From a virus, in the IMG/VR virus record IMGVR_UViG_3300034072_000369, positions 6,093 to 70,092 of that record: 64,000 bases of DNA; one strand, 5' to 3'. The position numbers and the translations under genes are program-made. This document shows positions 49,844 to 58,899 of this stretch, piece after piece; position 1 is the first letter of the stretch; every line of letters begins with the position of its first letter. Below the pieces are notes generated by a model, which had not been told where the DNA came from, did not search any database, and was given only the letters and a program-made list of their open reading frames with translations.

Positions 49844-50553
49844 ATATAAAACTATTTGTAGCAACCCCTATGTATGGCGGTCAATGTTACGGTGCTTTTA
49901 TGCTAAGTATTATGGCATTGAAAGAAATTGCAATCCATAATAATTGGGATTTTCATTTTACATTTATTGGCAATGAATCTTTAATAACTAGAGCTAGAAA
50001 TAAGCTAGTAGAGCAGTTTTTAGCAACTGATTTTACACATCTATTGTTTATTGATGCAGATATGGAATTTAATGCTCATTTAGTTTCAAATCTGGTAAGA
50101 TACGATGTAGATGTAGTTTGTGGAATGTGTCCTAAGAAATTTATTAATTGGGATTCAGTAAAAGATATTATCTTAGCTAATCCATATATAAAACCAGGAT
50201 TAGTGCCTAGTCTAGTATCTGAATCTTGTGTAAATTATCTGTCAGAAGAACCTGATACAAGTATACCAGGATTAGTTTCAGTAAAACACGCTGGTACAGG
50301 TTGTATGCTGATTACGAGAACTGCATTAAATCATTTAAGTCATTTTGTTCCTAAATTCACTGATTATGGTAGTGATGGACTAAGTGAACCAAAGATTAAA
50401 TGTGCATTCTTTGATACGGCAATTGAAGAAGGATCAGGAGCTTATTTGTCAGAAGATTATTACTTTTGTAATGAATGGAGAAAAATTGGAGGTAAGGTTT
50501 ATCTTGCCTATAATGTTAAATTAAAACACATAGGGTCATATACTTTTTCTTAA
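49840..50553 (+). CDS. Glycosyltransferase-like (GT-A fold) protein
   Basis: ATPMYGG, SLITRARN, LLFIDAD (DxD), GTGCMLI, LSEDYYFC. Confidence 0.8.
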   Translation: MNIKLFVATPMYGGQCYGAFMLSIMALKEIAIHNNWDFHFTFIGNESLITRARNKLVEQFLATDFTHLLFIDADMEFNAHLVSNLVRYDVDVVCGMCPKKFINWDSVKDIILANPYIKPGLVPSLVSESCVNYLSEEPDTSIPGLVSVKHAGTGCMLITRTALNHLSHFVPKFTDYGSDGLSEPKIKCAFFDTAIEEGSGAYLSEDYYFCNEWRKIGGKVYLAYNVKLKHIGSYTFS

Positions 50554-50558
50554 TATAG

Positions 50559-50642
50559 AGCCAAGTGGTGAAATCGGTAGACACAACAGACTTAAAATCT
50601 GTCGCTTATAGCGTGCCAGTTCGAATCTGGTCTTGGCTACCA
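50559..50642 (+). tRNA. trnL: tRNA-Leu (anticodon UAA) with encoded CCA
   Basis: Acceptor stem AGCCAAG/CTTGGCT, anticodon arm ACAGA-CTTAAAA-TCTGT, long variable arm, T arm GCCAG-TTCGAAT-CTGGT, 3' ACCA. Confidence 0.95.
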
Positions 50643-50653
50643 ATGAGAGTATC

Positions 50654-53268
50654 ATGCAAACTTCGGGAGATTATAAACTACACGTTAAATTACACATTGA
50701 AGCCTGCAAATATGCATCAAAGAAGTGTCAATCGTTTGATATGGAAAAATTCATATTTCACTATGACAACTTTATGTCAACTGAGATTTTAGGAATTCTC
50801 AATGAGCTTAAGAACGACTTGGAAAAAGCTGAAGATTAAAGAAAGAGTTATATTTATTCCATATCATGCTCATAAAGATCGATCACATCCGGATTGTGAA
50901 CGAGGTTTTGTTTCAGAATTGGGTTCTACTTTTGTTTTTGTTAAATTTGATGGAAAAGTTGCAAGGTTCGGTTGGGATAAAGCAGTAGCCGAAGCTTGTG
51001 ATCCTAAAGATTTAGTTAGAGAATAAACAGGAGATTATTATGAAACGTTCAGTGTTCTCTTTGATACAATCGCTTATTTCTCAAGCTTCATCGAGACGGA
51101 TGGAGTTTCATAATAAAAATTATTGTTGTAATAGCCAATGTAATCAGGGTAGAGATTGCCCTATAAGGAAATCATATGGATCAAACAGCACGAATTCAGA
51201 CCTTATTAAACAAAATAAAGATTACTATAAGCGATATTGAAATGATTTTACTTGATACTAATAGAGCTAAGAAATCTCTAGTACCATTAGAGAAACAAAA
51301 GATATGGTCAGAGCCAGAACCTTGGCAAACACAACTCAAGAAAGATCAGGCATGAAATTTATTAAAGATCAATTAAGATTAATTGATTTAAATCCTGCCG
51401 AATATAAAACAATAGAAGATGCATTTGAAGCTATAGTATCACATTACATTAGCGAGAGTAATAAAGGCGCCTATGAGCGCCTTTTAAAATCTAAATATAT
51501 AAGTGATGAAACTATATCTGATCTTGCATTTTCATATAAACAACAACCTTTTGTATTTGCCAGGCGTGTTGAATCAATAGTAATATCAAATATGTTTTCT
51601 AAATTAAAGGAAATTAAACATGAAAACTTTAGAAGAGTTACTAAAGGAAATTGAATATAAAGGCTATTTAAAGGTTTGGCCTGTAACTGATTTAGAGGAT
51701 AATTGGCGAAAACTTTATAATATTACATTTGTATTCAATAATGTAAATAATGATAAGTTTACAATTGAATTAAAGAATCAGAGCAGCATTAAAGAGTCGC
51801 TTAAGAGCATTCTAAATAGTGTTAGTAAGTTCGAAAATGAATTACGAACAGCGTAGAGAATTAAAACGTGTCTTTAATAAAATTAGAATTTGTATGAATA
51901 GACTGCTCGAGATGGCCGAAGAAGAAGAAATTAAGGCACATAATGTACCTGAAGCACTAATAGATCGTATTCACATGTTTATGGAGAAGGCTGAAACTCT
52001 TAGAGCTAGCTATCGTGAACTTGACGAACTTCTAGAAAGAATAGAAAATGAAATCTAGCTTCATAAACTGGCTTAAAGCACATTACTGCGACCTATTTCA
52101 TGGCGGTGGTAAGATCAAACGAGACCCTAATGATGCTATTAACTGGCAATGTAACAAGTGTGGTCGATGGTCTACACCGTTGTCTAATTTTCAAAAAAGT
52201 ATTGATAAAGGATACAACAAATGATTCCATGGAAAACTGTATTTAATAGATTTGGATTTTCGTTGTCATATTTAAGAGAACCCGATTTTACCTTTGGATT
52301 TAGTTTTGGTTTTAGCGTAGGTAATTTCTATTGGACAATTGGCTTAAATCCCGAACAGAGGAATAGAGATGTCTGACTTTAAAAGATATTTAGAAGTTGC
52401 TTCAATATTAAAAGAAAACTTTTCAGGAGGTCACTCTAGAGAAGCCGCTGATATAATAGAAGAACTATGTAGTAGAATAGATCAAGCAGAATGGTCTGGA
52501 TGGAAGCGTAGAGAAATTTATTTTGATAATGGAGTACCTTGTGGTCACAGAGAGATTGTTTGGAATCTATTAAGTGAAAAGAAATTATGGGAAATTTATG
52601 ACGGTCTTTCACATGCCCCATCTACACATACATCATATTATATCATATTAGCTAGAGCAATAGAAAAAGCCTGTAAAGAGGCTAACCAATGAATAAAGAT
52701 GCTAGACTTGAATTACTTAGTGATAAAGTTAGGAAAGGAATCCCAATAGACCTTTCTGAAGCTATAGAAGTAATTGATTATCAAACTAAATTAAGATTAT
52801 ATAAAGAAGAAAATTCCATCTTAGCAAAGCTTAAAAGGTTTATAGGACGTTATAAATGAATATTACAGCATGGATTAACAATGAAGTAAACAATGGTAGG
52901 GAGGCTACTATAAGCCTTGCTGTCTTAGAAAATTTATTCCAAGCTCCAGCTGAAATATCTAAATTAGATTTGATTTCATATTGGGCAAAAAATATAAATA
53001 TTCAACTTGATTGTAAGTCTACAATACATCTAGCTAGTGATATTATAACATTCTATCCAAGGACTAAACTATGAATTTATCAATTCGAAAACTACTGAAT
53101 GAACCGTTAATGTGGCTTTCATTATATCTTTTCATGTCTATTAACACCTTTGGTCATGCATGGGTCTATATTGGCAAGATTGCAGTCAATGAAACTAGCA
53201 CTATGATTGCTTCTATAGCAGCTGCAATTTTCTGGCCATTATATTGGTCTATTAGACTATGGAGTTGA
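50654..53268 (+). other. Cluster of about a dozen short, tightly coupled hypothetical genes
   Basis: Consecutive + strand ORFs (e.g. 50802-51026, 51040-51240, 51304-51654, 51620-51856, 51819-52058, 52369-52692, 52856-53074, 53071-53268) with no recognisable motifs. Confidence 0.6.
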
Positions 53269-53271
53269 AGA

Positions 53272-53562
53272 ATGAACGAACGAATTCAAGAATTTGCAAA
53301 TAAATTAGCCCCTATTGCAACAATCGGTAATTGGGGTAGAGTTGAATGGAAAGATAATATTTATCCACAACTTGGTGATAAATTGTATGCAGCAATTGAC
53401 TTACAAGAGTTTGCTAAGTTTATTATACTAGAGTGTATAGACAAAATTGAGACTTATCGTATTCCTGTAGGCAATAGTCCATCTGGTGAACTTGCATGTA
53501 AATGGACTTATGATGCACTAAAAGATATTAGAGATGATATTAAAGAGACTTTCGGAGTTTAA
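53272..53562 (+). CDS. MNERI-family paralogue 1
   Basis: MNERI...EFAKFIILEC...IKETFGV. Confidence 0.75.
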   Translation: MNERIQEFANKLAPIATIGNWGRVEWKDNIYPQLGDKLYAAIDLQEFAKFIILECIDKIETYRIPVGNSPSGELACKWTYDALKDIRDDIKETFGV

Positions 53563-53564
53563 GA

Positions 53565-53819
53565 ATGAACGAACGCATCCGAGAACTTATATTAGAAGCT
53601 GGTTTTCCAAAGTTTGACAAGATGTACGTTGTGTCTGATGGAAAAGAACTGGAAAAGTTCGCCGAGTTGATTGTTCGGGAATTTGTTTCGACTCTAGTTG
53701 ATAATACCCCTGAACGATATACGAATGACTCGGCAGAAGAAGATTGGGATAAGGGATATGACCGAGCAATGCGGGATTGTATTCATCATATTCAAGAACA
53801 CTTCGGAATCAAAGAATGA
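53565..53819 (+). CDS. MNERI-family paralogue 2
   Basis: MNERI...KFAELIVREF...IQEHFGI. Confidence 0.75.
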   Translation: MNERIRELILEAGFPKFDKMYVVSDGKELEKFAELIVREFVSTLVDNTPERYTNDSAEEDWDKGYDRAMRDCIHHIQEHFGIKE

Positions 53820-54073
53820 ACGAACGAATTGAAGCATATCTAAAACAACACTATTGCCGAGACTACTTCAACTCTTATGGTGAGACGGTTGAGGATGACT
53901 ACTACTTTATGTATCGTGAAGAAGTAGAGGGATTGATCGAGTTGATTGTGCGAGAAATGTGTCAAGTCATTAACGCTGATTGTGAATTACAATATAGTGA
54001 AGGTATAACTACCAATCTTGGTGGCTTGAATCAAGCAAGAGAATTGATTAAAAAACATTTCGGAGTTGAATGA
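53816..54073 (+). CDS. MNERI-family paralogue 3
   Basis: MNERI...LIELIVREM...IKKHFGVE; start ATG 53816. Confidence 0.75.
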   Translation: MNERIEAYLKQHYCRDYFNSYGETVEDDYYFMYREEVEGLIELIVREMCQVINADCELQYSEGITTNLGGLNQARELIKKHFGVE

Positions 54074-54327
54074 TGAGTAAAGATAGCAGAGAAGCTATGC
54101 AACAGGCGCTTGTAAATGGAAGCGTTTGCATAGGGGTAAAAAACGGAATGGGCGTTTATGTTTCCGCTGCATTGCTCGGTGAATTTGGTTTGCAAGAGTG
54201 CAAAGAGCGTTTGGGATTAATTAAACAATGGCCAGTTAGAACAAACTTAAACGGAAACATTGTCATGGTTGAAGGGGAAACTCATGAGGAAGCAATTAAC
54301 CGCTACCTGAACAGGATTGAGAAATGA
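54070..54327 (+). CDS. Hypothetical protein
   Basis: Shares the SREAMQxAL N-terminus with the next ORF. Confidence 0.55.
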   Translation: MMSKDSREAMQQALVNGSVCIGVKNGMGVYVSAALLGEFGLQECKERLGLIKQWPVRTNLNGNIVMVEGETHEEAINRYLNRIEK

Positions 54328-54533
54328 GCAGAGAAGCTATGCAGATGGCGCTTGAGGCGTTGGATAGTGATCAAGTCAGTCATGCGGGTTTTAAAGGAGA
54401 ATACATGACTGATAAGGAATTAATGCAAAAGGCCTTAGAAAAGCTAGAATTCTTTGCTTATATGAGAAGAGTATCAAAAGATACTCAAGAATTAATTAAT
54501 ATCTTACGTAAAAGATTATCTGAAATGAATTAA
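54324..54533 (+). CDS. Hypothetical protein, possibly two fused remnants
   Basis: SREAMQMALEAL, then an internal AAGGAG RBS and MTDKELMQKALEKL. Confidence 0.5.
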   Translation: MSREAMQMALEALDSDQVSHAGFKGEYMTDKELMQKALEKLEFFAYMRRVSKDTQELINILRKRLSEMN

Positions 54534-54548
54534 ATAAAGGAGAAACAC

Positions 54549-54782
54549 TTGAATAAACAGATAAATCATAAATACCTAGATGATTTTATTTCAGAAAATG
54601 AACATTTAGATCCTCATACATTAGTACATAAATATACAGAATCTCTTATAAAATTAACAGAAGAAGATCGAGAAAAAATTATAAACTTAGCAGCATTAAG
54701 GTATGAAACACAAAACAAATATTGGAATTACGTATTAATTGATACTGTAATTAACTATATTACTAATCGCACTATTAAATAG
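54549..54782 (+). CDS. Hypothetical protein
   Basis: AAGGAG RBS, TTG start. Confidence 0.55.
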   Translation: MNKQINHKYLDDFISENEHLDPHTLVHKYTESLIKLTEEDREKIINLAALRYETQNKYWNYVLIDTVINYITNRTIK

Positions 54783-54791
54783 GGAATATGT

Positions 54792-55271
54792 ATGAAAACA
54801 TCAGAAACTAAGCGAAAGAAAGTAACACCTGCTACAATTAAAAGATGGTATAAATTAAAGAATAATGATTCAATAGATGCATTAATTAAAGAACTTAATG
54901 AATATGATCATACATACGATAGTATTGTACATGCAATAGCAGCAGTATGTTATAGGGCTGGTCATGCTATGAATAATAGTAATTCTGGCGGTATCTCAGG
55001 TTTTCAAGGTGGTGCAGTAATGTGGGAATTCATACGTAAATGGGGTCATTACGAAGGGCCTATGAAACTATTAGACTATCGTAATATGCTCTATCCTCAG
55101 TATGAAGATCATTTTGACAAAACAATCAATAAGGAGACATTTAATTGGTTAAAAGATCATGCTGAAAAGAGATTAGCAGATAATGCTAAAGTATCAAATG
55201 ACATTCTTAGACATTGGAAGGGGATATTAAATGGTAAAGTACCTTTTGGATACGAAATCAGAGAAGATTGA
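54792..55271 (+). CDS. Hypothetical phage protein
   Basis: 159 aa; GGISGFQGG and MLYPQY segments. Confidence 0.7.
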   Translation: MKTSETKRKKVTPATIKRWYKLKNNDSIDALIKELNEYDHTYDSIVHAIAAVCYRAGHAMNNSNSGGISGFQGGAVMWEFIRKWGHYEGPMKLLDYRNMLYPQYEDHFDKTINKETFNWLKDHAEKRLADNAKVSNDILRHWKGILNGKVPFGYEIRED

Positions 55272-55567
55272 TACAGATTATCAGAAATTTCTAAAAGATA
55301 ATTCTGATATATTAATGATAGATGCTTATGCAAAATTATTTGTTATCTATCCTGAAGACTCAGTCGATCAATTAGATAAACGCTTTAAATTAGCATTAGA
55401 TCGGTATATAAAGGAGAGTAAATGAGTAAGTCACAAAACAAAGGTAAAATGAAAGAATGGCGTAGACCTGAATACGACAAAGATGGGAATCTAATTAAAC
55501 AGAGACCCCATGTAAGACGTAAAGAAAAGGAAACAGCTCTTAACCTTAGAGGTCTTAAACTTTAAAT

Positions 55568-56119
55568 ATGATAACCATATCAGCATCGCATCTATTAAGG
55601 CAGACTGCAACTCAGCTTAACTACATGCTTAGAAAGACTTTAATTAAAGACTTACATGATAGAAATAAAATATTAGAGGGTAAGCATGCTGGAGCTGGTC
55701 AACGTCATGACGTACTTGAAACAGGAACTATAGGTCAATTCATTAGACCATCGAAAGGAGTAACAATAAATTTTGCACTAGATGAAATTGTAGGTAAAAA
55801 ATTCTTACACATAAATGAATACAGAAAGAATAAAGATCTACAGTGGAATCTAATTGAAACAGCTTTTTATAAGGCTCTTCATATATACGCTAATGAAGAT
55901 ATTAGTCATGTAAATACTAGATTTAATCTTGTATATCAGTCTAATATAATTAGAGTAGAAAGTGATGATTTATATATTGCTAGATTCTTCTTAACAAAAC
56001 TAAAATCAGCTGGAGATCAATCAGTTGCAAATCGTTTTGATAAAACTTTTAAGAAAGCGCAATATTGGAACCACTTAGAGCCGTATATTAAGTACCGAAA
56101 TGTTAAACGTCTGATTTAA
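55568..56119 (+). CDS. Hypothetical protein
   Basis: 183 aa ORF ending at a terminator. Confidence 0.65.
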   Translation: MITISASHLLRQTATQLNYMLRKTLIKDLHDRNKILEGKHAGAGQRHDVLETGTIGQFIRPSKGVTINFALDEIVGKKFLHINEYRKNKDLQWNLIETAFYKALHIYANEDISHVNTRFNLVYQSNIIRVESDDLYIARFFLTKLKSAGDQSVANRFDKTFKKAQYWNHLEPYIKYRNVKRLI

Positions 56120-56126
56120 CATCAAC

Positions 56127-56186
56127 ACCTCCAGAGAGATCCTTTATAGGGTCTTTCTGGAGGTTCCTCTTTATTTTTTTTTTTTT
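56127..56186 (+). terminator. Long stem-loop followed by CTTTA-T13
   Basis: ACCTCCAGAGAGATCCT / AGGGTCTTTCTGGAGGT stem; CTTTA(T)13 at 56169-56186. Confidence 0.75.
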
Positions 56187-56618
56187 ATGAAAAACATAGA
56201 ATGGTGTTCAAGAAGCTTAATCGTAAGTTCATATTATTATGCTCTCTGTACAAATGAGAAGCAATTTTATAAGGAATTAAAGAAGTTTAAAATTACACCA
56301 CAGGAAATCGGTTATTGGGTAAAACAAGATTCTAGTGCCACTACTCATTTCATTAGGAGTAAAGAAGGTAAGAGAGCTGGAATTGTTTGTATAGACCCTA
56401 AAGAAGCATCTAATTATGAAAGTATACAAATAGCAGCCTTATTAGTTCATGAAGCAGTTCACATATGGCAAGAGTTTCATAAGAGCATAGGTGAGCTACA
56501 ACCATCATCTGAATTTGAAGCATATTCGATACAAATGCTTTCACAAGAGTTAATGTATTCATATTATAATCAAGTTATTAAACCACAAAATAAGAAGAAA
56601 TCTAAGAAAAAGTCTTAG
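56187..56618 (+). CDS. HExxH-containing protein (zincin-like)
   Basis: LLVHEAVH followed by EFEAY. Confidence 0.6.
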   Translation: MKNIEWCSRSLIVSSYYYALCTNEKQFYKELKKFKITPQEIGYWVKQDSSATTHFIRSKEGKRAGIVCIDPKEASNYESIQIAALLVHEAVHIWQEFHKSIGELQPSSEFEAYSIQMLSQELMYSYYNQVIKPQNKKKSKKKS

Positions 56619-56622
56619 AACG

Positions 56623-56640
56623 AACCCGTTAAATTAACCC
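56623..56640 (+). promoter_or_regulatory. Class 1 motif upstream of the cyclase/terminase operon
   Basis: Exact AACCCGTTAAATTAACCC. Confidence 0.75.
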
Positions 56641-57035
56641 TAGGACGTTCTCCCTGAGAGACACTTATAAGGACGTCTTAGATTAGTAGTAGATTTATTT
56701 AATAAAATATTATAATGATATTATTTAAAGATGTTATTATAGGAAGTTATTAAAGGATATATTATGATTAATAAATCTATTAAACTAAACTACTAAACTA
56801 AGATAGTCTTTAAGTATGATGATACTAAAACTTAAATATAATGATTTTAGATTAATATAGTATTTAAATGTAATGATATTAATTAAGATATTCATTAAAG
56901 TATGTATCTTAAAGAATGTTAAAATAGTATAGCAAATAAGACGTCTTTTAGAGGCTAAGAGGAAAATGTAACTTCATGATTTAGAATTCTTGGTGTAATT
57001 TTATTGTAGTACTTAGTTTCTATACAGGAGTTGTT

Positions 57036-57212
57036 ATGGAAGCTGTTACTGAAGCGATAAGTAAATTGTGGTATCTCGGTGCAGCTATTGTAGCTATTGC
57101 AGCCTATGCAGTCACTATTAAAGTCAGATTAGACTATCTAGAGAAAAATTACGATAAGCAAATTACAGCTTTATGGGATCAAATTAATAGACTTGTTAAA
57201 GAGTCAAAATAA
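57036..57212 (+). CDS. Small single-TM, coiled-coil protein (58 aa) coupled to the cyclase gene
   Basis: AGGAG RBS; MEAVTEAISKLWYLGAAIVAIAAYAVTIKVRLDYLEK...; stop overlaps the cyclase start (TAATG). Confidence 0.7.
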   Translation: MEAVTEAISKLWYLGAAIVAIAAYAVTIKVRLDYLEKNYDKQITALWDQINRLVKESK

Positions 57213-58432
57213 TGGACACTAAACTTGCAACTATTGTATGTAGCGATGTCATTGGTTATAGCAGTAAAATGCAATCTGATGAAATTGGTACATTAAAACA
57301 GCTAGATGAGTGCCGATTAATAATCGATAAACTAATTGATGTAAGTAAAGGTAGACTCTTTAATACAGGTGGTGATAGTGTACTCATTGAATTTGCTAGT
57401 GCAGTTGATGCAGTCAGATTCAGTGTAGAAATGCAATTAAGACTGCTAAATCTCAATACTCTTAGATGGCGTATAGGAATTCATGTTGGTGAAGTTTGGA
57501 TTTACGGTACTAATCTTATGGGTGAAGCTGTTAATCTAGCAGCAAGAACTGAAAGTTTAGCAGATTACGGTGGTGTTACAATGACTGAATCTGTCTATAA
57601 ATTAGTATCTGGCAAACTTAAAGAATATAAATTCATAAGTAGAGGTATTCAGGAATTTAAGAATGTAGCCCCTATGGAAATCTTTAGTGTAGATTTGCCT
57701 AATGCTGAACCTAACCCACATCTGAATAAGTCTGCTAAACCTCAAAAGACAAATAATAAATCTCATAAAGAATTAATATCAGCTGTAATTAATGATCAAG
57801 CAGCTCGTAATAAGACAATATCTGATGCTGTTAATCTAAAACTAAAGAAGCAATATGGACCTGCTACTCGTGTATTAATGTGGCGTATAAGTAAGAAAGA
57901 TTATTCGGCATTTAATGAACTCGTTAATTTAATGGAAAAGAATCTTGTACCTCAAGAACTAAATCCCTATTGTAATGCAATTATACAAGAATTTTCTAGC
58001 GGTCTTAATAGCGATTTAATTCTAAAACTTGTTGATGTTTTAGAAGATGATAGCCTGATTGTTAATCTCTTAGAAAAAGCCTCTAAAGTAAATAAAGTTG
58101 CACAATATAAATTAGCAATGCTGATATTTAATGATCCAACAAGTAGTGAGGATCAGTTAAATGCTGTAATATCAGATTTAAAAGATTGTGCAATGCATCG
58201 TGATCTAGAAGCTATGCTTGTATTAGGTAAGTATTATTTAAAGATGAATGACAAAAAGAATTCATTTAGATGGTTATATGCAGCTAGGGCTGAACACAAT
58301 AATGAGGCTCAAAGTCTGCTAGAAGACTTGAACAAAACTATCACTAGAAATGAATTTAACTCATTTAAAACAGATGCAGATGCACTTGTTGATGAGATTA
58401 AGTTTCTTGATAAGAATAGAATGAAACAATAA
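57212..58432 (+). CDS. Class III nucleotide (adenylate/guanylate-type) cyclase with C-terminal SEL1/TPR-like helical repeats
   Basis: SDVIGYS, GGDS, RIGIHVGEV, GEAVNLAARTE; C-terminal AQYKLA, AMLVLGKYY and WLYAA repeats. Confidence 0.88.
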   Translation: MDTKLATIVCSDVIGYSSKMQSDEIGTLKQLDECRLIIDKLIDVSKGRLFNTGGDSVLIEFASAVDAVRFSVEMQLRLLNLNTLRWRIGIHVGEVWIYGTNLMGEAVNLAARTESLADYGGVTMTESVYKLVSGKLKEYKFISRGIQEFKNVAPMEIFSVDLPNAEPNPHLNKSAKPQKTNNKSHKELISAVINDQAARNKTISDAVNLKLKKQYGPATRVLMWRISKKDYSAFNELVNLMEKNLVPQELNPYCNAIIQEFSSGLNSDLILKLVDVLEDDSLIVNLLEKASKVNKVAQYKLAMLIFNDPTSSEDQLNAVISDLKDCAMHRDLEAMLVLGKYYLKMNDKKNSFRWLYAARAEHNNEAQSLLEDLNKTITRNEFNSFKTDADALVDEIKFLDKNRMKQ

Positions 58433-58453
58433 ATTAACTAATAGAGAACACCA

Positions 58454-58897
58454 ATGAGTGAACAACGAAATATGCCTGTACCTGTACAGCCGCCTAATAA
58501 GCGATTAGCTGTGCCTTCTTATTATGTTGGTAGCAAAAGATCTGCTGCAAGACTACGTCAACTTAGGTTTGACCCAATACAAGAACTTGTAGAGAATTAT
58601 AGAAAGATTCAATTAGAAGTTGAGCGTCAAGAGAAAATTCGAGATGGTCAAATCATTGAATTAAGTGCCAGTGGAAAGCCTAGGTCATATCGCTCTGAAG
58701 TTCATCATGCTTTATTTGATAAGCTAAATATGATTGGTGAAAAACTTTTGAGATATGGATATGGCAGAGTTCCTGAAGTTAGCGAACTCAATGATGCTAA
58801 ACCAACACCACTTGTTATTAATTTAACTAAGAAAGGTGAAACCTATGTCGTCAATGAACAAGACGAGATAGATGATAATGATCATGATGAGGACTAA
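58454..58897 (+). CDS. Putative terminase small subunit
   Basis: 147 aa directly upstream of the large subunit; gene-order based. Confidence 0.55.
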   Translation: MSEQRNMPVPVQPPNKRLAVPSYYVGSKRSAARLRQLRFDPIQELVENYRKIQLEVERQEKIRDGQIIELSASGKPRSYRSEVHHALFDKLNMIGEKLLRYGYGRVPEVSELNDAKPTPLVINLTKKGETYVVNEQDEIDDNDHDED

Positions 58898-58899
58898 AT

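Noticed and set aside
50565-50792. 75-aa ORF from the track
   Set aside because: Overlaps the tRNA-Leu gene; almost certainly spurious.
57036-58432. Calling the TM gene plus cyclase a Pycsar or CBASS system
   Set aside because: The small protein has no recognisable cyclic-nucleotide-binding domain; only an analogy is supportable.
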